DNA from: Bacteroidia bacterium
Lineage (GTDB): Bacteria; Bacteroidota; Bacteroidia; Bacteroidales; VadinHA17
Direction of reading: 5' to 3'
Assembly (NCBI GenBank): GCA_026391215.1
Contig: JAPLDX010000091.1
Coordinates: forward strand, 1-47,746
Length of the DNA stretch: 47,746 nucleotides
Both the position numbers and the translations under genes were made by a program. Positions 36,832 to 45,800 of this stretch are shown here, piece after piece. Positions within the stretch are counted from its first letter, which is position 1. Every line of letters starts with the position of its first letter. Below the pieces are notes generated by a model. It did no database searches, was not told the origin of the DNA, and was given only the letters and a program-made list of their open reading frames with translations.

Positions 36832-39800
36832 TTAGAAATCAAGCCTTATATTGAAACCATAAGATCTGGTTGAAGGAATAGTGTTGGATTCAGCACCAAC
36901 AGAAGTATTACCTGCACCTGAACTTACTTCGGGGTCAATATCCTTGGTATTCTTAAACATTATCCACAGGTTACGTCCGATAAGTGAGAGGTTAAGGTTC
37001 TTAATTCCTACTTTATTCAGGAATCCTACGTTACTAAATGTATAACCGGCACCGACCTCACGCAGTTTGACAAAGCTTGCGTCAAATGTTGAAAGCTCAT
37101 TCTTGCCATACCAGCCATACCAATAGCTGTTGGCGTTGGAATAAGTGGTATTTTCAACCGGATCTGTAACGATAGCTCCAGTAGCATCCAGGAATTGTAC
37201 CTGTTCCTTCCCGTCTACTGTAATAATTCTGCCGTAAACGGTATTGGGAGCAAGAACACCTCCTCCGTCAGCAAGAGCATCTCTTACGTTCTTGCCATTT
37301 GCGTTGGTAGCTGCTGTTTCTTCAAGGATACCTGTATATACACCAAACATGTCGGTTACAGAGAATATAACGCCGCCTTTCCTGAAGTCTACAAGGAAGT
37401 TTAAGTTGAAATTCTTATAGGTAATTGAGTTGTTGATCCCTCCGAACCAGTCCGGATAAACATTACCGAGGTCTGTTCTGGCATTTGAACGGATATACCT
37501 GCCAGATGTACTTACCAGAGGCCTGCCTGAATAGATATAATGTGAAAGCAGTGTCTTCTCTTCATCATAATAAACCGGAGTTACATTTTCGCGAACTATT
37601 GCATATCCCCACAGTGTTCCGTATTCCTTGCCCGGGAAAGCATAAACCATTGCATTCCATCCAGCATTATAAAGGCTAAGGTATTTCATGTCTCCGTACA
37701 GTTCAACAACCTTATTCTCGTTCTTTGACCAGTTTAAGGTAATATCCCATGAGAAGTCAGGAGTCTGAACAGGAGTTGCTAGCAGCTGTAGTTCCACTCC
37801 CATGTTCTGCAGGTTACCGGCATTAATAGTCTTGTTTTCGAATCCTGTAGTACGAGAGATTGCAATATTCATGATCTGGTTGATGGTATTCTCCTGGTAA
37901 AAATTTGCATCCAGGGAGATCCTGTTCTGCAGGAGCTTAAGTTCCATACCTACTTCCTTTGAACGTTTCCTCTGTGGTTTAAGACCAAGCGGAGGAATCG
38001 TAGTTGTATAGTTCAGTGAAGGATTCCCGTCAAAAGGATTTGCTGCACCGAATACACCATTAAGTGCATAGGCATCTGCAGTACCACCTACTTCAGCATA
38101 ACTAGCCCTGAGCTTCAGGAATGAAAGAACATTTGACTGAATACCCAAAGCTTCGGTAACAAGGAATGATAGTGATGCTGACGGATAGAAATATGAGTTA
38201 TTATCTAATGGTAATGTTGATGACCAGTCATTTCTTCCGGTAAGATCAAGGAATATAAAGCTCTTATAACTCAGGTTGGCAGTTCCGAAAACACTCTGCA
38301 GTTCAGTATGTGTTTCAGCTAAAGCTGTTGTAGCTGCAGCAGCCGAGTTACTTACAGAGTAGAGGTCGGGGATGATAAGATCCGGGACTGTAGTCTGGTG
38401 AAACTGATAATTATAATGGTTATACTCACCGCCAAAGGATGCAAGGACGCCAAAATCACCGAAGTTTTTATTAAATTCAAACCTTGCATTGGCATTTATT
38501 TCCTGCCTGCGTCTTGAGTATGCAGTAAAACCACCAAGAGGATCTCCTCTTCCAACATCACCCTGAGCTGTTACTTCCATGATATCTTCAATTGACCAGT
38601 CGGTTCCGGCCATTGCCTTGAATGACAGCCAGTCGGTAAATTTCCATGAGAAATTCATGTTGCCTATCATCCTGTCCCTGTTCCTGGAATTGGTGTTTTT
38701 GTTAAGTGTCCAGTAAGGATTATTATGGTAGCTATGGTTCCAGTTTACCGGCAATCCGGTTTTCGGATCCAATTCATCCCAGTGTGCTTTGAGATATGCC
38801 ATATCAACCTGGCGGCCGAACCACTGGCTGATTGACTGCATTGGGTTACCACCGTTATACCCGTTCTCTGCAATATTATTACTCTTATTGCTGATATATG
38901 ATATGGAACCTCCCACATTAATGTTGTCTGTAACAGCCATTGAACTGTTCAGGTTAATAGTATTCTTCTTCAGGTCGGTATTGGGTAATATCCCTTTAAC
39001 GTCCTGATTTGATAATGAGAGACGGAAGTTTGAACCTCCTTTTGCACCTGCGATAGCAAGGTTGGTGGTTCTTTTCAATCCGGTCTCAAAGAAGCTCTTA
39101 ATGTTATCAGGATGAGCGATCCACGGAGTTGCTGTACGTGTATCAGTCTCCGCATCATACGGGCTATCAAACTGAGTGATCAGCCTTCCGTCAAGTCTCG
39201 GGCCCCAGCTTTCATCAACACCGTCATTGATACCGCCGTAATTGCCATCAACATATTCAAATTCATATATCCCGGCATTTGCATCAGCAGCAGATCCCTG
39301 ACCATAAAGGTTCTGATATTTGGGGATTACAAGCGGATCTTCCCACATCATGTTCTCCTCGAAGGTTACACCCAGGCCTTTTCCCTGCTGTGATTTACCT
39401 GATTTTGTGGTAATGAGGACAACCCCGTTAACAGCTCTTGACCCGTAAAGGGCAGCTGCACTTGCACCTTTCAGAACACTGATATTCTCAACATCTGAGG
39501 GGTTGATATCGGAGGAAGCGTTACCATAGTCCTTCCCGCCATATGCACCGGGGTCAGAAGTGGAGTTGTTAATAGGAACTCCATCAACAACAAACAATGG
39601 CTGGTTGTTGCCGTTAGCCGAGAGTGAATTAACACCTCTGATAAGTATCCTTACACCTGAGGCTACACCACCATCGGAGTTGGATATCTGAACACCCGAC
39701 AACTTACCCTGAAAGGCGTTTACAATGTTTGTAACTTTTGCTTTTTCAATGTTTTCGCCGCCAAGATCCTGTACTGCATAACCAAGAGCTTTCTTTTGTC

Positions 39801-40146
39801 TTGAAATACCCAGAGCGGTAACAACTACCTCCTCCAGTCCCAGGATATCAGATTCCATTATACCATCAATTACTGTCCTTCCTCCTATTACAACTTCCTG
39901 TTTTTTCATCCCGATATAGGAGAAAACAAGTGTGGTTGCGGTTTGAGGTACAGTAAGGGTATATTTTCCGTTTACGTCAGTAATGGTACCAATAGTGGTA
40001 CCCTTTACCTGTACTGTTACACCTGGAATCGGACCCTCCCCTTCAATAGAGGAAGCTATCGTTCCAGTAATGACTACTGTTTGTGCCTGGAGTGTGTAAA
40101 CACCCGCAAACGCAAACAACATAATCAACAGAAATAGTTTCTTCAT
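36832..40146 (-). CDS. SusC/RagA family TonB-dependent outer membrane transporter
   Basis: 1104 aa. LEEVVVTALG, QPLFVVDGVP, SVLKGASAAALYGSRAVNGVVLITTK, C-terminal Phe. Confidence 0.97.
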   Translation of the reverse strand: MKKLFLLIMLFAFAGVYTLQAQTVVITGTIASSIEGEGPIPGVTVQVKGTTIGTITDVNGKYTLTVPQTATTLVFSYIGMKKQEVVIGGRTVIDGIMESDILGLEEVVVTALGISRQKKALGYAVQDLGGENIEKAKVTNIVNAFQGKLSGVQISNSDGGVASGVRILIRGVNSLSANGNNQPLFVVDGVPINNSTSDPGAYGGKDYGNASSDINPSDVENISVLKGASAAALYGSRAVNGVVLITTKSGKSQQGKGLGVTFEENMMWEDPLVIPKYQNLYGQGSAADANAGIYEFEYVDGNYGGINDGVDESWGPRLDGRLITQFDSPYDAETDTRTATPWIAHPDNIKSFFETGLKRTTNLAIAGAKGGSNFRLSLSNQDVKGILPNTDLKKNTINLNSSMAVTDNINVGGSISYISNKSNNIAENGYNGGNPMQSISQWFGRQVDMAYLKAHWDELDPKTGLPVNWNHSYHNNPYWTLNKNTNSRNRDRMIGNMNFSWKFTDWLSFKAMAGTDWSIEDIMEVTAQGDVGRGDPLGGFTAYSRRRQEINANARFEFNKNFGDFGVLASFGGEYNHYNYQFHQTTVPDLIIPDLYSVSNSAAAATTALAETHTELQSVFGTANLSYKSFIFLDLTGRNDWSSTLPLDNNSYFYPSASLSFLVTEALGIQSNVLSFLKLRASYAEVGGTADAYALNGVFGAANPFDGNPSLNYTTTIPPLGLKPQRKRSKEVGMELKLLQNRISLDANFYQENTINQIMNIAISRTTGFENKTINAGNLQNMGVELQLLATPVQTPDFSWDITLNWSKNENKVVELYGDMKYLSLYNAGWNAMVYAFPGKEYGTLWGYAIVRENVTPVYYDEEKTLLSHYIYSGRPLVSTSGRYIRSNARTDLGNVYPDWFGGINNSITYKNFNLNFLVDFRKGGVIFSVTDMFGVYTGILEETAATNANGKNVRDALADGGGVLAPNTVYGRIITVDGKEQVQFLDATGAIVTDPVENTTYSNANSYWYGWYGKNELSTFDASFVKLREVGAGYTFSNVGFLNKVGIKNLNLSLIGRNLWIMFKNTKDIDPEVSSGAGNTSVGAESNTIPSTRSYGFNIRLDF

Positions 40147-40359
40147 ACGAAATTAGTTTTAGGTTTAATTAACAAGGTAAAGGTAACATTTTATATAAAA
40201 AATAAAAATGTGAAAGGTTTTTTTTATATAATGCTGAAAAAAAGACATATCTGCATTATTGTCACATATATGTAACACGGACGAACCATAACAAATCATA
40301 AGCTTCTAAACTTTTTCTAAAAATTTAGAAGACATAAGGAATTACTAATGAGTAATCCC

Positions 40360-40947
40360 TTATAATTTCCATTCCCCATGATTGTTTTTTAATTCCTCTG
40401 CTGCAATGCATAATTCTTTGTATACATCATCACCCAGGGCTCTCATAAGGGGTTCCTTAAGAAATACATAGGCATATATTCCTTCTTCTTTCCCTCTCTC
40501 ACATGCACTTGAACATATTGACAATTCTTCATAATTCACAGCACGGAAATCTGAGAATTGTTTTATCCTTACAGGGAACAAGTGACATGAAAGTGGCTTC
40601 TGAAAATCTATTTTCCCCTCTGACCAGGATTTTTCAATGCCGCACATGAAAATATTTTCTTTAAGGATTGTATAGGCGCACTCCTCATTGCCGATCAGAG
40701 GAGTTACCATTTCCTGATCATTATCATCCACGCTTGTGCCTTTTTCTTCGATTATCTTAACTCCCTCAGATCTCAGAAATGGCTTAACAGATGGCCAGAT
40801 TTCGTTCAGAATCCTGACTTCCGATTTTAAAAGAGGAGCTCCCGAATCGCCATACCTGCAGCAGTTTCCAAGACACTGAAGCAGGTCGCATTTGAATCTT
40901 TTTTCAAGAACATCAAAGCTGAAAATTGTATCGCCGATACGGAGCAT
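40360..40947 (-). CDS. DUF3109 family Cys-rich protein
   Basis: FKCDLLQCLGNCCRYGDSGAPL...CGIEK...KPLSCHLFPVR pattern. Confidence 0.85.
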   Translation of the reverse strand: MLRIGDTIFSFDVLEKRFKCDLLQCLGNCCRYGDSGAPLLKSEVRILNEIWPSVKPFLRSEGVKIIEEKGTSVDDNDQEMVTPLIGNEECAYTILKENIFMCGIEKSWSEGKIDFQKPLSCHLFPVRIKQFSDFRAVNYEELSICSSACERGKEEGIYAYVFLKEPLMRALGDDVYKELCIAAEELKNNHGEWKL

Positions 40948-40994
40948 CAGTTATGATAACTATTTGATTTAAAGACTTCCCTTCATCCTCTGGC

Positions 40995-41089
40995 ACCCCC
41001 CTGCCCCCCTGAAGGGGGGTCGAAACCCAAACTATTCTCCCTAAATACTGGAAGGGTTTATAGCCCCCCTTTAGGGGGATTGGGGGGTC
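40995..41089. repeat. Empty inverted doublet of the cassette-type hairpin repeat, abutting the gpmI stop
   Basis: acccccctgcccccctgaaggggggt ... agcccccctttagggggattggggggtc in inverted orientation with a ~40-nt spacer. The right arm resembles 16177-16203 and 19070-19098 and overlaps the gpmI TGA. Confidence 0.8.
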
Positions 41090-42608
41090 ATATGAGCACC
41101 TTACCTGTCATCTCTTTCGGGATAGGTATCCCCATTATTGTCAGTAATGTAGGAGCGACATCTGCAAGTATCCCTTCCTTTATTTTTTTATAATCATCAC
41201 TTACCAGGATGCATGGCACGGGATTAAGTGAATGTGCGGTGTTGGGGGAACCATCCGGGTTGATAGCCATATCTGCATTGCCATGATCGGCAATGATCAT
41301 GACATCATAACCCTTGCTCCGGGCAGCATTGACGACTGCTCCGGCACATTCATCAACAGTTACAACAGCTTTCATGATCGCGGGGTAAATCCCGGTATGC
41401 CCCACCATATCACCATTTGCAAAATTGAGGCAAATAAAATCGTACTTCTCAGAGTCAATTGCTTTTATAACCGCATCCCTTACCTGGTATGCGCTCATCT
41501 CCGGCTGAAGATCATATGTGGCGACCTTCGGTGACGGGATCAGTATCCTCTCTTCACCTGAAAACACTTCTTCCCTCCCTCCGGAAAAGAAAAATGTAAC
41601 ATGAGCATATTTTTCAGTTTCGGCGATCCGCAGTTGCTTCTTTCCTGAAAGCGCAAGAATTTCGCCGATGGTATTGTTGGCATTCTCTTTAGGATAAATG
41701 ACATGAAGCCCTTTGAAAGTGGAATCATAAGGAGTCATTGTGCAGTAATATAAAGGCATCGTTTTCATCCCGGCTTCAGGCATATCCTTCTGGGTAAGTG
41801 CGATTGTAAGCTCTTTTGCCCTGTCGTTGCGGAAATTGAAGAAGACTATTACGTCGTCTTTCTTTATCGTTCCAACTGGCATATTTTTCCCATCGACAAC
41901 AACTATCGGCTTCATGAATTCATCCGTAACACCGGCATCATAAGATTTCTTCATGGCATCAAGAATGTCAGTTGTTGGAGTTCCTTTCCCGCTGACAATC
42001 AGGTCATAACCATCCTTTATCCGCTCCCACCTCTTATCCCTGTCCATTGCATAGTATCTTCCGACAAACGATGCAACCCTGCCATTCGATTTCTTCAGAT
42101 GATCAAGAAGATTTTTCATATATATGATCCCGCTGCGTGGATCAGTATCCCGGCCGTCTCCAAAACCATGGATGAAGACATCTTTTATTCCGTAATCCCC
42201 TGTCATATCGCACAAATAATAAAGGTGCTTGTCAAGGGAGTGAACGCCGCCATCGGAAAGAAGTCCAAGAAAATGGACCTGTTTTTTATTGTCGTGTGCA
42301 TATGAAAATGCATCAGTAAGAACTTTATTTTTTCTTATCGCCCCGGTTTTACATTCCAAATTTATTTTTACCAGATCCTGGTATATGATTCTCCCTGCAC
42401 CTATATTCAGGTGCCCGACTTCCGAATTACCCATTTGTCCATCAGGAAGACCGACATCTTCTCCGCATGCCAGAAGTCTTGAATGTGGAAATTTTTTGTT
42501 TATTAAATCCATATTAGGCGTCGGAGCAGAGCTGATCACATCTGATTTAGTTCCATCACCAATACCCCACCCGTCAAGTATCATAAGGAGAGTTTTCTTG
42601 TTCTTCAT
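41088..42608 (-). CDS. gpmI: 2,3-bisphosphoglycerate-independent phosphoglycerate mutase
   Basis: [56 protein letters not shown]. Confidence 0.98.
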   Translation of the reverse strand: MKNKKTLLMILDGWGIGDGTKSDVISSAPTPNMDLINKKFPHSRLLACGEDVGLPDGQMGNSEVGHLNIGAGRIIYQDLVKINLECKTGAIRKNKVLTDAFSYAHDNKKQVHFLGLLSDGGVHSLDKHLYYLCDMTGDYGIKDVFIHGFGDGRDTDPRSGIIYMKNLLDHLKKSNGRVASFVGRYYAMDRDKRWERIKDGYDLIVSGKGTPTTDILDAMKKSYDAGVTDEFMKPIVVVDGKNMPVGTIKKDDVIVFFNFRNDRAKELTIALTQKDMPEAGMKTMPLYYCTMTPYDSTFKGLHVIYPKENANNTIGEILALSGKKQLRIAETEKYAHVTFFFSGGREEVFSGEERILIPSPKVATYDLQPEMSAYQVRDAVIKAIDSEKYDFICLNFANGDMVGHTGIYPAIMKAVVTVDECAGAVVNAARSKGYDVMIIADHGNADMAINPDGSPNTAHSLNPVPCILVSDDYKKIKEGILADVAPTLLTIMGIPIPKEMTGKVLI

Positions 42609-42676
42609 TTTAATTGTGCTATATATTTACTTAAACAAAAATCAAATATTGTAATTCAGGATTCCTGAACAGGGGG

Positions 42677-42684
42677 CAAATTTA
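42677..42684 (-). promoter_or_regulatory. Bacteroidota -7 promoter box for gpmI
   Basis: Minus-strand TAAATTTG upstream of the ATG at 42608. Confidence 0.5.
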
Positions 42685-42715
42685 GATAAAAAATAAATGA
42701 TCTGATTACATCGGT

Positions 42716-42761
42716 GAGATTCCTCATTCCGCCTTCTTTGTCGGCTTCATTCGGAATGACA
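42716..42761. repeat. REP-like element of a second family (TGTCATTCCG...GGAATCTC type)
   Basis: Minus strand tgtcattccgaatgaagccgacaaagaaggcggaatgaggaatctc with a tcattccg/cggaatga stem. Confidence 0.55.
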
Positions 42762-42784
42762 GCATCACTTTAAAAGGGAGGGGA

Positions 42785-42818
42785 GGAGCGGCAATTTGCC
42801 TCAGCAAATTGCCGCTCC
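42785..42818 (-). terminator. Perfect 15-bp hairpin downstream of the T9SS gene (terminator or stabiliser)
   Basis: ggagcggcaatttgc-ctca-gcaaattgccgctcc, 30 nt after the stop. The U tract is short and displaced. Confidence 0.6.
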
Positions 42819-42848
42819 CAATATTTATTTCGTTTCACACCCTTATAC

Positions 42849-45800
42849 TCAGTCTCCTGAAACTACCAGCTTCCTGAAGCCAAGGTCAATGCCGCCTGAA
42901 GTTATCCTTACAAGATATAATCCTCCTTTCAGGTTAAGGTCATCAATAGTGAATTCAGATACCCCTGATCCGGCTTTGTATGAAGATATCACTACACCGC
43001 GCATATCATAAATCCGGATATCAGTTTCCTGTGTGAGCGGCACTTCAAAGCTTATTGTTAATTGTTTAACAGCAGGATTGGGGTATAAGATAAAGCCATT
43101 GCCTGATGCGCCTGGCGGATCTTCAATACCGACAACTATAGCTGGTTGAATAACTGAGGATGCCTGGAAAATCTCTTTGGTTATTGTATTCTGAATGAAC
43201 GCAATAACCTCAAAGTCTGACCTATTCAATATCTTATCAAGCGTCCATGTCTGCTCTTCAATTGTTAAGCTATCTTTTCTTGTCCAGTTGCTTCGCAATA
43301 ATATACCACCTGCATCAGGGATGAACTTCCGGAAAATATTCCTGAATTCCTTATTGTCCAGTGAATCTCTCTTTTCTGTAACTGCAATGAAAAGAGTCAG
43401 GTTCTCTGAATCGATATCCTCAAGTGCCTTTAACTTCCCATTAACTGTCAGTACTCCATCAAATACGCTGGTAGTGAGCGAGATGTTGAAAAGTGAACGA
43501 ATAAGGCTTCGCTTTGTGACATTGTTGCTATCAATTTGTGTTATATCGCTGTCATATGCGTACATATACGCAAAATCTTTCTTTGTGCCGCCGTCAATAA
43601 AGGTGTACGGAGTCCTGGTCAATCCGTAGAACAGGATCCTTGCGCTTGCATCTCCCTGATTTGCATCATAATATGGATCGGTTCCTGGGAAGTTGGTATG
43701 ATACTGTATATTAATTACATCTTCGCTTCTGTTCCTTGCAATTATGTTGACAAGATCATTAGCATCGTTGGTTGTCACATCATTGTTGGTATTGGTAAAA
43801 TGTTCAAGTAGAATATTTCTGCTTCGTTCGCCTATCCAGATATCATCAAAAGCAATTCCTTCACCCTCTTTGTCCAGTTTTGAACCATCTGATCCATAAG
43901 CGATTCTGAAAATAACATCCGATTTGCCTTTGAGTCCGTCAAGTGTATGAATTGCCTCTACCCATTCATCATCAGGATTTCCTCTTAATGTCCAGCCCAT
44001 CTGGCTTCCTCCCGGTTCTCCTCTTATTACTGCCGAATTATACCACTGAATACCGTCATCAATAGCGCCCACACTTTTCCATTCACCACTGTCGCCGATT
44101 CTGTACTGAAGAACAGCTCCGTCTATATCCCTGGTAAACATCCTCCATAGCCTGAGCTTAATAAGCGGTCTCTCGGTAGCGCTGAAGTCATAGCATGGCG
44201 ATACAATTGAAGATGATTCCATCTTTGAACTATCAATATCGAAACCTGTAAACCAGGCATTTACACCGGAATATGCTGTGTTTATGGTGTTCCTGTCAGG
44301 TAGTCCGAACGACCAGTTATTGCCGCTCACTTCTCCTTTAACCCAGCCTCCGTTACCTGCTTCGAAGTTCTCAAAATAACCGTCTGAACGAATAGTAATT
44401 GCAGGTTTTATAAATATATCTTTTGTTACTGTATCAATACAGTTTTTATAGGTGGTCTTTACTATATATTGAAACTTCAGATATCCTGTATCGGATTTAA
44501 GATATTTTGCTTCCTTCACCTGAGTACTAAATGCAGAGAACTTATTGCCTTTATAGATCTTCCAGATCAGTGAATCAATCGGGGAAGTGGATATTGTTGC
44601 GTCCTGCAGAATAATTGAATCATTCGGATGCAGACAGTCACTCCTCCAATAAAAGTCAGCACCAGGTCTCCTTCCAAGATTAATTGTTGTGTCTAATGTT
44701 GCAGAACAACCGTTGACAGTAGTCGCTTTAAGTGAAATTTTTTGCAAACCGCTTGTTTTATAGAGATATCCGGGATTTTTTGTTGAATCCGGATATGGTA
44801 CACCGGCATCAGTGAACTGCCAAAACCACGAATCCACGGTTTCAGCTGATTTGGTGTTGTTAATAAAATGCGTTGTATCCAAATCACTTTCAATGCATAC
44901 ATCAACAGGCAGGAAAGCCACCTCAGGAGCCGGATAGATCGTAATGGGAACTGTTGTGCTGGTGCTGCAACCTGTATTAATATTGGTATAGGTGTAAGAT
45001 ACTGAAGTGGCCCCTGACGCCTTTGTGGGATCGAGATAACTTCCGGACATAGGACCCGTGAAAGAACCACCATATATAGAGGGGATCAGATCATATGGCG
45101 TCACATTATCACAGATCTGTTCCCCGAAAGCGAGGTTCTTGATAACAACCTGTCCCAGACTGTCCACAATGATTGCTTTTGAAATGCTGTAATCAACACC
45201 ATCCCATTTATATGAAAAGATCAGAGTATCAAGTCCTTCACCAGCTACAGGTACATTATAATCCGCATTTGTGGCACCAAATGTATAAACAAGAGTATTT
45301 TTAGTATTGGTAAAACCTGTTATCTGAACACCGGACATAGGAACGGGCAGATTAATTACTTTTACGTTATAGGTGGTGTCTTTATAACAGATCACAGAGG
45401 GTATATCAATAAAATTACCCTGGGCTATCCGGATTCTTGTTTTCAATCCAAGGCTGGCAGAACAACCGTTATCATCGGTAATACTGTATTTGATCTCATG
45501 CTCACCCAGCCCGGCGATATCAGGGAACATCTTATCACCTGAAATACCATTTCCGCTGAATGTTCCTCCCGTCTGTACAGGGATCAGCGCAACCGGTCCG
45601 CCATCAATGTTGTATGTAGAATTCAGAGGGAATAAGGGATCTGGTAACGGATTTATAATTACAGTGTCTCTCAGAACTGCGCTGTAACAGCCATTAGGAG
45701 ACTTGTATTGATAAAATACAGGGTAGGATACTCCTGCAGTTCCCAGTGAAGGATCAGCATAAGCTGATGCAGGTTTGGTATCTGACAGAATATCCCCTGT

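Noticed and set aside
40303-40331. cttctaaa...tttagaag inverted repeat as a terminator or invertible promoter upstream of susC
   Set aside because: The stem is a weak AT-rich 8 bp with no clear U tract, and there is no promoter between the arms and no invertase nearby.
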